Source: Candidatus Eiseniibacteriota bacterium
GTDB taxonomy: Bacteria; Eisenbacteria; RBG-16-71-46; CAVPCR01
Assembly (NCBI GenBank): GCA_963702435.1
Contig: CAVPCR010000002.1
Location: 352,001 to 416,000 of the forward strand
Reading direction: 5' to 3'
DNA: 64,000 nt
Part shown: positions 29,067 to 39,315 of the stretch, one piece after another
Layout: each line of letters opens with the position of its first letter
Numbering within the stretch: position 1 is the first letter of the stretch
Made by a program: the position numbers and the translations under genes
Notes under the pieces: model-generated
The model's database searches: none
Seen by the model: only the letters and a program-made list of their open reading frames with translations
Told to the model about the DNA's origin: nothing

Positions 29067-32000
29067 ATGGCTGATTCGGCGACCGACAAGGACAAGGAAG
29101 CGCCGGGCCGCCGGCCGGGGGGGCCGGCCCTGCGCCGGGCGGCCGCCGGCGCCGCCCTCCTTCTCCTCCTCCCCCTCCTCCTCGCTCTGCTCGCGCTCGC
29201 CGGGCTCCTGGCGAGCGAGCGCATGAGCCGCGCCGCGCTGAACGCCGCTCTCGACCGCGCGGGAGCCGGAGCCGGGATCGCCGTGCACGCGGGAGAACTG
29301 AGCGGCCACTGGGTATCCGGGATCGAGCTCCGCTCCGTGACCATCTCGGTGAACGACACCCTGCTCGCACGGATCGACACCCTGCGGGTCGCGTACGATC
29401 CGCGCCGGCTCCTCGGCCGCGCCGTCGACATCGAGGCGCTCGCGGTGGCGGGGGTCTCGGTCGACCTGGATCGACTGCCGCCCTCCGCGGCTGCGGAGCC
29501 GGAGGCACCGGCAGGCGACCGCCGGCTCTGGCCGTGGCGGCCCCTGCGTGTCGGGACGATCGCGCTCCGCGACGCGGCGATCCGCGGGCGCCGCCTGCCC
29601 GGCGCGCGTTCGCTCGCGATCGCGGACCTCGACGCGCGCATCGATCGGCTCGCGCTCGGGCCGGGGTGGCCGGCCTTCGCGGGCGCGGAGATCGCCGCAC
29701 GGATCGCCGGCGATTCGAGCGGCGCTCTCGCCGGCGACTTCCTCCTCGACGCGAAGGCCAGCCTCGGCGGCGATCGTCTGCGCGTCGCCCACCTCGCCCT
29801 GCGCTCCCCCGGGAGCGTCCTCCATGCCGCGGGCGAGCTCGTGCTCGGAGGCACGGAGGCGATAGCCGCCGCGATCGACACCGCCACGCTCCGCGTGACG
29901 GCACAGCCCCTCGATCTCGCCGAGGTGGCCGCCTTCGTGCCGGGGCTCGACCTCGCGGGCCGGCTCGACCTCGAGGCGGAGCTCGCGGGACCGCGCCGCG
30001 ATGCGCTGAGCGGCCACCTCACGGGTACGCTCGCGGGATTCCGGCACGGGGCATTCACGATACCGCACGCCGCGCTCGACGCGGCGCTCGCCGAGGGGCG
30101 CGCCGAGCTCCGTCTCGACACGTCGCTCGACGGCGCGCCCTTCGCGGTCCGCGGCTGGATCCGCCCGTTCGACCGGGAGCCGGCGTACGAACTGACCGGC
30201 GAGCTCGCGCGGCTTCCGGCACGATCACCAGCGGCCGTTCACCGCTTCGCGGGCAGCGGCGACATCGCCGCCCGCCTCGCCATGACCGGCCGCGGTGTCC
30301 GCCCGGAGGCGATGGACGCGCGCGCCGCGATCGAGCTCCGGCCGGCCTTTCCCGCGCGCCACGACTGGGGCCGCGGCACGATCAGCGCCCGGCTCCGCTC
30401 CGGGGTGCTCGGCGTGGAGGCCGCGCTGGCCGTGGCCGGCGGCACGCTGGACGCCACCGGCGAGGCCGATCTCGCCCGCCGCCAGTTTTCACTCTCGAGC
30501 GCCGCTTTTGCCGGAATCGATCTCTCCCGGCTCGCGCCGGGAACACTGCCGACCGCGCTGAACGGCGAGCTCACGGCCGCCGGGCGCGGCTTCGCGCGCG
30601 ACGAGCTCCGGCTGACCGCCACGCTCGCCCTCGCCCCGAGCCGGATCGGGCGGCACGATCTCGAGCGCGCCCGGCTGCGCGCGGCCCTCGATCCAGGCGA
30701 GCTCGCCGTGAACGGCGAGCTCGTCCTCGACGGAGCGGTGATCACGCTCGATCGCGCCCGGCTCGCGCGCGGCGCGCGCCCCGCCCTCGAGGTCGCGGGA
30801 CTCCGCGTCGCGCACCTGGATCTCGCGCGCCTGTCCGGGCGACCGCGACCGGCGACCGATCTCGGCGGTCGTCTCGAGGCCACGCTCGAGAGCACGCGGC
30901 CGCTCCCCGCCGGCGGCGGGGCAAGCTGGCTCCGGCTGGCCGCGAGCGGCGCGCTCGCGGGGACCGCGCGGCTGGATCTCGCGCCGTCCACCTTCGACAC
31001 CGTGCGCGCGACTTCGGGACGGGCCGAGGTCCGGCTCGCGGGCGGCCACCTGGCCCTCGATGTCGCGGCCACGACCAGCGCCGGCCGGCTGGCGCTCCGC
31101 GGCGGCGCCACGGATCTGGACGGCGATCCCTCCTTCACGCTCGACGAGCTCACGGCCGGCGACCTCGATCTCGCTCCATGGAGCGGACGCCCGGCGCTCG
31201 CCAGCCGTCTCAACGTGGCGGCGACCGCCCGCGGTCGCGGCCTCCGCCGCGGGCGCCTCGTTCTCTCCGGGACGCTCAGCCTCGATCCCTCGCGCGTCGC
31301 GGCGCTCAACTTGACGGGCGGACAGCTTGACTTCGGCGTGGACGACGGCCGCGCGCGCATCGCGGGCCGGATCGCCGGCGCCGGCGGCGCCGCCACGCTC
31401 AGCGCCGAGGCCGAGCTGCGCGGCGAGCGACCGGAGTTCGCCGCTGCGATCGATCTCGAGGTGGCCGATCTCGCCGCGCTCCTCGCGCGCCACGGCGAGC
31501 CGGGTCCACCCGGGTCGGGCCGCCTCGAGGCCCGCATCGTGGGCCGCGGGCGCACGGCCGGCGACCTCGAGCTGACCGGCCAGGCCACGGGGAGCGGCCG
31601 GCTCCGCCTGGCGCGACTCGATTCGCTCGCGCTCGCGCTCCGCATCGCCGGCGGCCGCGTGACGATCGACAGCCTCGTCGTCCGCTCTCCCGTCGCCGAG
31701 GTTCGCGCCGGCGGCGGGGTGCCGCTCACCACCGCCGGGGGCGAGGCCGATCTCACCTTCACCGCGCGCGGCCGCGATCTCGCGCCTCTCGCCGCGATCG
31801 CCGGTCTCGACACGCTCGGGGTCCGCTCCGCCGCGATCGAGGTCCGGCTCAGAGGCCGCCGCGATGCGCTTCGCTTCGCGGGGACCGCGGGCCTCGACCA
31901 CCTCACGATGAACGACCTGCGCCTCGCCCGCTTGAGCGCCAGCGCGAACGGCCGCCTCGACGACTCGCTCCAGGTGGCGGTCGCCAGCGGCGAGCTCGAC

Positions 32001-34097
32001 CTCGCCGGACTCCGTCGCGCCGCCTTCGCGATCAGCACCCTCAAGGCCGGCGTTGACCTGGCCGGCGACTCGGCGCGCGTCCGGGTCGCCGCCCGGCTCA
32101 GCGACGCCGATAGCCTCGACGCTGCGGGAATCATGGCTCTCTCCAGTGAAAAACGGCGGATCACCGTCCAGACCTGCGCAGTTCATCAGACCGACGCCCG
32201 GTGGAGTCTCCAGGCGCCGGCCACCATCACTCTCGAGAGCGGCGCCTTCCGCATCGACGACCTGGTCGTGGCCGCGGATCAAGGCCCGGGCCTCCTGGCC
32301 GCGCGCGGCGGCATCGATCGCCGGGGCGAGCAGGATCTCGACATCCGTCTCGCGGCCTTCCGCCTGGGCTTCCTCTTCGCGCTCCGCGGCCGCCCCGATC
32401 TGGACGGCGAGATGAGCGGTCACCTGCGTCTGACCGGCCCCGCCGCCGCGCCCGCGGTCGACGCCGCGCTCGCGACGAGCGTGCGCTCGGTCTCCGCCGG
32501 CGAGGTCGTGGCGCTCGACGCGCACCTCGAGTCCCGGAACGGGGCGCTCCTCCTCGACGGCGCGCTCCGTTCGCCGGAAGCGCCTCTCATCACCTTCGAG
32601 GGACGCCTGCCGTTCATCCTCTCTCTCGCCGCCGATTCAGTCGCGGCCGGGGGCCCGCGTCTCGCCGGCGGACTCCTCGCCATCGCGAACGAGCCGCTCG
32701 CGCTCGCGGTGCGCGGCGAAGACGTTCCTCTCCACCGCTTCCAGCCGCTCCTCGATCCGCAGTTCGCGAGCGAGCTGGACGGCCGGCTCGACATCGATGT
32801 GCGCGTGCCCGGCCCAGCCGAGTCCCCGTCCGGCCGGGCCCGGCTCGAGGTCCGGGAAGGACGTCTCGGGATCCCGCGCTGGGGAGTCATCTACGAGCAG
32901 GTTGCGCTCGACACCGAGCTCATCGGCAACCGCCTCCATCTGACCCGGGCCGAGGTCAGATCGGGAGACGGGCGGGCCGTTCTCCACGGCGACCTGACCT
33001 TCCGGAGAGGTGCGCTCCCCACCTACGACCTTGCGCTCACCGCCGACCAGTTCGCCGCCCTGCGCTCGCGGGACCTAACCGCGGTCGTCTCGGGCGCTCT
33101 CGCCGCGACCGGGTCCGGCGACTCGCTCCGCGTGACCGGCACGATCGATCCGAAGGTGGTGGAGGTCTACCTCGATCCTCTCGTCGCGCAGCGCAGCGGG
33201 ACCGAGATCGAGCTCGCCCCGGAGGACCTCGAGCTCCTCGCCGAGACGTTCGGCTACGGGGCTCTTCCCGGCCGCACCCGCCGATCGTCTCCGCTCCTCG
33301 CGCGGGCCGAGATCGACCTTCGCATCGTCTTCCCGCGCGGCGTCTGGGTGCGCCATCGCGTCGAGCCGAAGCTCGCCGTCGAGCTCGCGGGCGACATCGC
33401 CGTACGCAAGCCGCGGGGCGGCCGGCCCGGTTTCTACGGGCGCATCGAGACTCTGCCGCGCCGCGGCTACGTCGAGCAGTTCGGCCGCCAGTTCGACGTG
33501 CGCGAAGGCGAGCTCCTGATCGCCGGCGATCCGTCGACGCTCACCTTCGACCTGCGCGCCGAGTACCGGGCCACGCCGACGAACGACCCCGGCGAGACCG
33601 AGATCGTGATCACGCTCGACGTCGCCGGCACGCCGGAGAAGCTCGGCCTCACGCTCGGCTCGGAGCCCGAGCTCTCGAACTCGGAGATCGTCTCCCTGAT
33701 CGCGACCGGGAGCACCGCAGGGTTCAGCGACCGCGGGAGCACGACGGGGACCACGGCCGCCGGCGCCGCAGCCGGCGTGGGTCTCGTCTCGATGACGGGC
33801 CCCATGACCGCCGGAGTCGAGGAGATGGCCGAGCGCGCGATCGGCCTCGACGTCGTGCAGATCCGCCAGGACGGCCTCCGCGGCACCACGCTCGTCGCCG
33901 GCAAGTACGTCTCCCCGAGCCTGTACGTCGGATTCCGCCAACCCATCACCTACCAGGAGAAGACGACCGAATCCACCGACTCGAGCGAGGACTTCGAGAT
34001 CGAGACCGAGTACTCGATCCTCGACTGGCTCGTCCTGAACCTGCAGGGGAGCGGCACGGTCTTTCGCTCGTACCTGCGGGGGCGCTATGCGTACTAG
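29067..34097 (+). CDS. tamB: TamB/AsmA-like translocation and assembly module protein
   Basis: N-terminal TM, long beta-rich body, DUF490-like end (FGRQFDVREG, LGSEPELSNSEIVSLIATG, GKYVSPSLYV); overlaps an Omp85 gene. Confidence 0.85.
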   Translation: MADSATDKDKEAPGRRPGGPALRRAAAGAALLLLLPLLLALLALAGLLASERMSRAALNAALDRAGAGAGIAVHAGELSGHWVSGIELRSVTISVNDTLLARIDTLRVAYDPRRLLGRAVDIEALAVAGVSVDLDRLPPSAAAEPEAPAGDRRLWPWRPLRVGTIALRDAAIRGRRLPGARSLAIADLDARIDRLALGPGWPAFAGAEIAARIAGDSSGALAGDFLLDAKASLGGDRLRVAHLALRSPGSVLHAAGELVLGGTEAIAAAIDTATLRVTAQPLDLAEVAAFVPGLDLAGRLDLEAELAGPRRDALSGHLTGTLAGFRHGAFTIPHAALDAALAEGRAELRLDTSLDGAPFAVRGWIRPFDREPAYELTGELARLPARSPAAVHRFAGSGDIAARLAMTGRGVRPEAMDARAAIELRPAFPARHDWGRGTISARLRSGVLGVEAALAVAGGTLDATGEADLARRQFSLSSAAFAGIDLSRLAPGTLPTALNGELTAAGRGFARDELRLTATLALAPSRIGRHDLERARLRAALDPGELAVNGELVLDGAVITLDRARLARGARPALEVAGLRVAHLDLARLSGRPRPATDLGGRLEATLESTRPLPAGGGASWLRLAASGALAGTARLDLAPSTFDTVRATSGRAEVRLAGGHLALDVAATTSAGRLALRGGATDLDGDPSFTLDELTAGDLDLAPWSGRPALASRLNVAATARGRGLRRGRLVLSGTLSLDPSRVAALNLTGGQLDFGVDDGRARIAGRIAGAGGAATLSAEAELRGERPEFAAAIDLEVADLAALLARHGEPGPPGSGRLEARIVGRGRTAGDLELTGQATGSGRLRLARLDSLALALRIAGGRVTIDSLVVRSPVAEVRAGGGVPLTTAGGEADLTFTARGRDLAPLAAIAGLDTLGVRSAAIEVRLRGRRDALRFAGTAGLDHLTMNDLRLARLSASANGRLDDSLQVAVASGELDLAGLRRAAFAISTLKAGVDLAGDSARVRVAARLSDADSLDAAGIMALSSEKRRITVQTCAVHQTDARWSLQAPATITLESGAFRIDDLVVAADQGPGLLAARGGIDRRGEQDLDIRLAAFRLGFLFALRGRPDLDGEMSGHLRLTGPAAAPAVDAALATSVRSVSAGEVVALDAHLESRNGALLLDGALRSPEAPLITFEGRLPFILSLAADSVAAGGPRLAGGLLAIANEPLALAVRGEDVPLHRFQPLLDPQFASELDGRLDIDVRVPGPAESPSGRARLEVREGRLGIPRWGVIYEQVALDTELIGNRLHLTRAEVRSGDGRAVLHGDLTFRRGALPTYDLALTADQFAALRSRDLTAVVSGALAATGSGDSLRVTGTIDPKVVEVYLDPLVAQRSGTEIELAPEDLELLAETFGYGALPGRTRRSSPLLARAEIDLRIVFPRGVWVRHRVEPKLAVELAGDIAVRKPRGGRPGFYGRIETLPRRGYVEQFGRQFDVREGELLIAGDPSTLTFDLRAEYRATPTNDPGETEIVITLDVAGTPEKLGLTLGSEPELSNSEIVSLIATGSTAGFSDRGSTTGTTAAGAAAGVGLVSMTGPMTAGVEEMAERAIGLDVVQIRQDGLRGTTLVAGKYVSPSLYVGFRQPITYQEKTTESTDSSEDFEIETEYSILDWLVLNLQGSGTVFRSYLRGRYAY

Positions 34098-36294
34098 CGC
34101 ACGGCGCGGCCCCTCCCTCTCCGCCGGCGTCGCAGCCGGCATCCTGGCCGCGCTCGCCGCTCTCCTCGCCGCGCCGGATACCCTCGCCCAGATCCGCACG
34201 GATGCCGCGACCGAGATCGGCGCCGTGCGCATCGCGTTCACCGAGACGCGGACGCTCGCGGCGGAGGATCTACAGAAGGAGCTCGTCTTCAGCGTCAAGA
34301 GCCGGCCATCGACCCTGGAGCGGACCTTCGCCTTCCTGCCCTGGGTCTCCGGAGAGACGCGCTCGAGCCTCGTGCCGGTCGAGATCGCCGAGGGCGCGGC
34401 GCGGATCCGCCGCCGCTACCGGGAAGAGGGCTTCCCGCGGGCCCGCGTCCGCTACGAGGTGACGCCGGCCGAGCGCGCGAATGCGTACGACGTCGCCTAC
34501 CTGGTGACCGAGGGACCGCCGCTCGTCGTCGCCTCGGTCGAGCTCGTGGATGCCGCCACCGGACGGCGTTTCGAGGCCCCGGCGGCCGACCGCGAGGAGT
34601 TCGAGGAACGCCGGGCCCGTCTCGCCACGATCGAGGGGGAGCGGTGGACCGCGGAGCGGGGAGCGGGACTCGAGCGACGCCTGTCGACATGGCTCCGCAA
34701 CCGCGGCCATCCCTTCCCCGCCACCGCGGTCGAGACGCAGGTCGATTCGCTCGCGAGCGCGGTGCGGGTTCTCGTGCGCATCACCCCCGGGCCGCACCTG
34801 GTGGTCGGAGACGTGACGATCGAGGGGCGCCGCTCGCTCGAGGACGCGACCATCCGGCGCGAGCTCCCCTTCCAGCCCGGCGATCCCTTCTCGGCGCGGA
34901 AGCTGGCCGAGGGCGGACGCGAGGTGGAGTCGCTCGACATCGTGCGCCAGGCGACGGTGGACGTGGCAACCGGGGCGACCGGCGACTCCGCCGCGGATTC
35001 GGGAGCGACCGCGGTTCCGATCACGGTCCGCATCAACGAGCGCGACCCGCGCCTCATCTCTGGCGACATCGGTTACACCTCAGACGGCGGAGTCGCCGGG
35101 GAAGCACGCTGGACCCACCGGAACTGGACCGGCGGCGCGCGCTCTCTCACGGTGGCCGGCGCGGCCCAGACCGGCGCGCTCGCGCTCGTCTCCGATCCCG
35201 ATGTTCGCTATCGCATCTCGGCCACCCTCAAGCAGCCGTACGTCCTCGACCGCCGGATGTCGCTTCTCATCGGACCGTACATCGAGTATCGCAACGACAG
35301 CCACGATCGCTCGTACGAGATCGGCGGCTCCTGGACGTTCGTCTACGAGCTGGGTCGGATGCGCACGATCTCCTTCCAGCACGAGCTCGCCCGCCGGCAC
35401 GTGCTCGAGTATCGTCTCGACGACCTCTCGGCCGGCCGGATCGATCTCCTCACCTTCCTCGAGCTCGCCGCCGAGGGTGTGCTCGACTCGCTCGGTGCCG
35501 AGCTCGACCACAGCCACTTTACGCTCGCGGCCACCGTCGGCCGGCTCGACGACTCCGCGTACCCCCGCCGCGGCTACGTGATCCGCCCCTCGGTGCGGGT
35601 CACCGGCCCCGCTGCATGGAACTCGAACGAATACACGCGCCTCGATGCCAAGGTGGTGGCCTTCCACCCGCTCCGGGAGCGCTCGGTCGCGCGGTTCCGC
35701 GTCTCGATCGGCCGCGTGCTGCCGTTCGGGAACAGCCTCCCCGCCGAGGACGAGGATCCCGCGGTCAAGTTCCTCCAGCTCCGCGACGTCGCCTTCACCG
35801 CCGGCGGCGCCGACGACGTGCGGGGCTGGGCGAGCCGACTCCTGGGACCCAAGTTCCCCGACATCCGCTTCGCGGAGGAGGGCGACAGCCTGGTCGTCGA
35901 GAGCGCCGACGACTACGTGCCGCTCGGCGGCCTGAACCGGGTAGCGGCCTCGATCGAGCTCGGCCTCCCCTTCCCGCGGCTCGGCGAGAAGTGGGGCACG
36001 CACGTCTTCCTCGACATGGGGCGGGTGTGGACGGCGGATGAGCGCCTGCAACCGGGCGAGGACGCGTTCGATCAGGAGCGCTTCTTCTTCGCAGCCGGCG
36101 CCGGCGCCGAGTATCGCACCATCGTCGGGGCGATCCGCTTCGCGGTCGGCTACAAGCTGAACCCGTCGCTCCTCGACGAGGCCGACGCCGAGGACGTCCT
36201 CCGCGCCCTCGACAACGGAGAGGATCTCGACTCGATCGAGCGGGACGCACTCCGCCGCTTCCAGATCCACCTCGCGATCGGCGCGCAGTTCTAG
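34087..36294 (+). CDS. tamA: TamA/BamA (Omp85) outer-membrane protein
   Basis: POTRA-like repeats (YREEGF, RNRGHP, IRRELPFQPGDPF), TAGGADDVRGW loop motif, C-terminal IHLAIGAQF. Confidence 0.88.
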   Translation: MRTSARRGPSLSAGVAAGILAALAALLAAPDTLAQIRTDAATEIGAVRIAFTETRTLAAEDLQKELVFSVKSRPSTLERTFAFLPWVSGETRSSLVPVEIAEGAARIRRRYREEGFPRARVRYEVTPAERANAYDVAYLVTEGPPLVVASVELVDAATGRRFEAPAADREEFEERRARLATIEGERWTAERGAGLERRLSTWLRNRGHPFPATAVETQVDSLASAVRVLVRITPGPHLVVGDVTIEGRRSLEDATIRRELPFQPGDPFSARKLAEGGREVESLDIVRQATVDVATGATGDSAADSGATAVPITVRINERDPRLISGDIGYTSDGGVAGEARWTHRNWTGGARSLTVAGAAQTGALALVSDPDVRYRISATLKQPYVLDRRMSLLIGPYIEYRNDSHDRSYEIGGSWTFVYELGRMRTISFQHELARRHVLEYRLDDLSAGRIDLLTFLELAAEGVLDSLGAELDHSHFTLAATVGRLDDSAYPRRGYVIRPSVRVTGPAAWNSNEYTRLDAKVVAFHPLRERSVARFRVSIGRVLPFGNSLPAEDEDPAVKFLQLRDVAFTAGGADDVRGWASRLLGPKFPDIRFAEEGDSLVVESADDYVPLGGLNRVAASIELGLPFPRLGEKWGTHVFLDMGRVWTADERLQPGEDAFDQERFFFAAGAGAEYRTIVGAIRFAVGYKLNPSLLDEADAEDVLRALDNGEDLDSIERDALRRFQIHLAIGAQF

Positions 36295-36385
36295 CCCGGC
36301 GCGACGCTCCGGCGCTTCCGGCCTGCTCGCACCGCCGCCGTGGTAGACTGCCGAGCGCCGCGAAGACGTGGAGAGTTCGTTACCG

Positions 36386-38062
36386 ATGTCGTTTCTCGAG
36401 AACCTGGCCCAGACGCAGCCGATCGCGCACGCCATCCTCGGACTCGCGCTCGTCTCCGTGCTCGGGCTCGCGCTCGGCAGCGTCACGATCCGCGGCATCC
36501 GCCTCGGCACCGCCGGCGTCCTCTTCGCCGGCATCGTGGTCGGCCACTTCGGGCAGCGCATCGACCACCAGATCCTCGCGTTCTCGAAGGAGTTCGGGCT
36601 CATCCTGTTCGTCTTCGCGATCGGGATGCAGCTCGGACCCGGGTTCTTCGCCGCGCTCCGGCGGCAGGGACTTCGCCTGAACCTGCTGGCGGCGGCCGTC
36701 GTCCTCCTGGGAGCGGCGGCCACGCTGGCCATGACCGGCAGCGCCCTCCTCGATCCCTTCGCCGCGCTCGGCATCTTCTCGGGGGCCACGACCAACACGC
36801 CGTCCCTCGGCGCCACCCAGCAGGTGCTCGCGACGCTGCCCGGGATCCCGGCCGACAAGGCCGCTCTCCCCGCCCTCGCCTACGCCCTCTCCTATCCGGT
36901 CGCCATCGCCGGCATCATCGCGACGCTGCTCCTCCTCGCCGCGGTGTTCCGCATCGACCCGCCGCGGGAAGCGGCGGCCTTCGCCGCCGAGGAGCGGCGC
37001 GCGATCGAACCGCTCGAGCACATGCATCTCCTGGTCGAGAATCGGAACCTCGACCGCGTCCCGGTCGGCGAGCTGCCCGGGCTCCGCGAGACCGGCGTCG
37101 TCGTCTCCCGCATCCGCGCGGCCGGGGACGCCGCGGTCAAGAGCGCCACCGAGTCGACCGTGCTCCACGTCGGCGATGTGATCCTCGCGGTCGGCACGCA
37201 CCACGGACTCGAGCAGTTCCGCCGGGTGGTCGGGAGCAGGACGGATGACGATCTCACCGGCGCGACGAGCAACGTCACCTACCGGCGGCTCGTGGTCACG
37301 CACAAGGCCGTCCTCGGGAAGACGATCGGCGAGCTCGGGCTCGGCCAGCTCTACGGGGTGACCCTGCCGCGCCTCCGGCGCGCCGAGGTGGAGATGACGG
37401 CGCAGCCCCACATCCGCCTCCAGTTCGGCGACGTGGTGGCGGTGGTCGGGCCGGAGGCCGCCATCGACCAGGTGGCGAGGAAGCTCGGCAACTCGCTCAA
37501 GGCGCTCAACGAGACCCAGTTCATCCCGATCTTCCTCGGCATCGCGCTCGGCGTGCTCGCCGGGGTGCAGCCGTTCAACGTGCTCGGGCTCCCGGTGCCG
37601 GTCCGCCTCGGGCTCGCCGGCGGACCGCTCCTCGTCGCCATCCTCCTCGGCCGGCTCGGGCAGATCGGGCGGCTCGTGTGGTACATGCCGGCGACGACCA
37701 ATCTCGCCTTCCGCGAGCTCGGCATCACGCTCTTTCTCGCCTGCGTCGGGCTCGAGGCGGGCGAGCGCTTCTTCGCCACGGCGCTCTCGGCGACCGGGCT
37801 CCGCTGGCTCCTCATGGGCGCCGCCGTCACGATCCTGCCGCTCTTCGCCATCGGCATCCTGGCGCGCGTCGCCTGGAAGATGAATTTCGTGACGCTCTGC
37901 GGGCTCCTCGCCGGCAGCATGACCGATCCGCCGGCCCTCGCCTTCGCCAACGCGCTCGCCGGCTCCGACGCGCCCACCGTGTCCTACGCCACGGTCTACC
38001 CGCTCACCATGCTGCTCCGCATCCTCGTCGCGCAGGTGCTCGCGATCGCGCTCTGCACCTGA
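36386..38062 (+). CDS. YidE/AspT family transporter with two TrkA-C (RCK-C) domains
   Basis: FGLILFVFAIGMQLGPGFF, GATTNTPSLG, LGLAGGPL, GSMTDPPALAFA, YATVYPL; extended -10-like TGGTAGACT at 36341. Confidence 0.92.
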   Translation: MSFLENLAQTQPIAHAILGLALVSVLGLALGSVTIRGIRLGTAGVLFAGIVVGHFGQRIDHQILAFSKEFGLILFVFAIGMQLGPGFFAALRRQGLRLNLLAAAVVLLGAAATLAMTGSALLDPFAALGIFSGATTNTPSLGATQQVLATLPGIPADKAALPALAYALSYPVAIAGIIATLLLLAAVFRIDPPREAAAFAAEERRAIEPLEHMHLLVENRNLDRVPVGELPGLRETGVVVSRIRAAGDAAVKSATESTVLHVGDVILAVGTHHGLEQFRRVVGSRTDDDLTGATSNVTYRRLVVTHKAVLGKTIGELGLGQLYGVTLPRLRRAEVEMTAQPHIRLQFGDVVAVVGPEAAIDQVARKLGNSLKALNETQFIPIFLGIALGVLAGVQPFNVLGLPVPVRLGLAGGPLLVAILLGRLGQIGRLVWYMPATTNLAFRELGITLFLACVGLEAGERFFATALSATGLRWLLMGAAVTILPLFAIGILARVAWKMNFVTLCGLLAGSMTDPPALAFANALAGSDAPTVSYATVYPLTMLLRILVAQVLAIALCT

Positions 38063-38095
38063 CCCCGCGCCCACCGCGCGGCGTGCCGCTCCTGC

Positions 38096-39265
38096 CTACA
38101 TGAGTGCGCCGAGGAGCTTCAAGAGCACGTCCTTGAGCGGGACCTCCATGGCCACGACCGGCAGGAGAGGCACGCCGGCGGCCAGCACGATCGCGATGAG
38201 CGCGCGCTTGCCGATCGGCGTCGGCCGCATGCTCATGACGGAGTCGTACATCGAGATCGTATCGATGACCGGCCCGAGCTCCGCCGCGCCAAGGAGATCC
38301 GCGTCCACGTGGCCCCGGCCCAGGATCCACTTGGCATGCACGCTCCGCCCGTGGCGGCCGACGAGGTCTCCGTACTCGTACATGGCGCGCCGGCGAAGCC
38401 GCCCGAGGGGCGGCGTGAACGGAACGAGAGGTGCGAGAAAGATGATCAGGAGCGCGCCGACCAGGACAGCGGCCGGAACGCGGAGCTCCGTGAGCTGCAT
38501 GCCGTGGTAGAGGACATCGTGGGCGAGGCGCGAGGAGATCACGGCCGAGGTCGCGAAGGCCACGATGCTGAACGCGATCGGGATCCACTCGAGAAAGCCG
38601 AGCCCGCCGGCCCGGTCGGGATGCGAGGGCACGAGCGCGAGATCGAGCCGCGCCAGGCGCGAGAAGAGGAGGCCGGTGAGGACCAGGCGCCAGATCCAGG
38701 CGAGCCCGAGCAGGGCGAAGAGCGGACGGGAGACGAATCGATACCAGTCCCCCCCGAAGCCGAACCCCGGGGCGCCGCCGGCGGCGGACCAGTCGATCTC
38801 ATGGAGCGAGGTGGGCATGCCGGTCGCGAACGTGGACCCCGCGGCCAGTCCGAAGAGGAGCCCCCACACGATCCAGGAGTCGCGGAGCCGCTGCGTGCGC
38901 GAGAGAACCCGCTCGAACGCCGGTCGCACCTCCGCCGTGACGAGCCCGGAGGTGACGAAGTAGGCCACATGCCGCGGGAAGACCGCATCCACCACCGCTT
39001 CGGCCAGGATGAAGAGGGGGATCGCGAGGAGGCAGCGGACGTGGATCCCGAAGTGCTGGAAGAGCGGCTCCGGGATGGTGCCCGGGAACGCCCGGCCCAT
39101 GGCCACCGCCCAGAGCGCGAGCGGAAGCCAGGCCAGGAGCGCGTAGAAGACGGCCCGCCGTTTGATCCCGAGACCTTGCCGTGGGATGAGCCCGACCGCG
39201 CGCTGCAGGCGGTAGAACGGGTCGCCGGTCACCAGCGTGAAGGTCGGGATACCCTCGTCGGCCAT
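38096..39265 (-). CDS. Uncharacterised integral membrane protein
   Basis: AGGAG RBS + ATG 39265; about 7 hydrophobic segments; HPDRAGGLGFL motif; GC-biased codon pattern. Confidence 0.75.
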   Translation of the reverse strand: MADEGIPTFTLVTGDPFYRLQRAVGLIPRQGLGIKRRAVFYALLAWLPLALWAVAMGRAFPGTIPEPLFQHFGIHVRCLLAIPLFILAEAVVDAVFPRHVAYFVTSGLVTAEVRPAFERVLSRTQRLRDSWIVWGLLFGLAAGSTFATGMPTSLHEIDWSAAGGAPGFGFGGDWYRFVSRPLFALLGLAWIWRLVLTGLLFSRLARLDLALVPSHPDRAGGLGFLEWIPIAFSIVAFATSAVISSRLAHDVLYHGMQLTELRVPAAVLVGALLIIFLAPLVPFTPPLGRLRRRAMYEYGDLVGRHGRSVHAKWILGRGHVDADLLGAAELGPVIDTISMYDSVMSMRPTPIGKRALIAIVLAAGVPLLPVVAMEVPLKDVLLKLLGALM

Positions 39266-39315
39266 GGTCTCTCCTATGGCGGCACAGCCCCGACCAGCAG
39301 CCGCATCCGACCGCA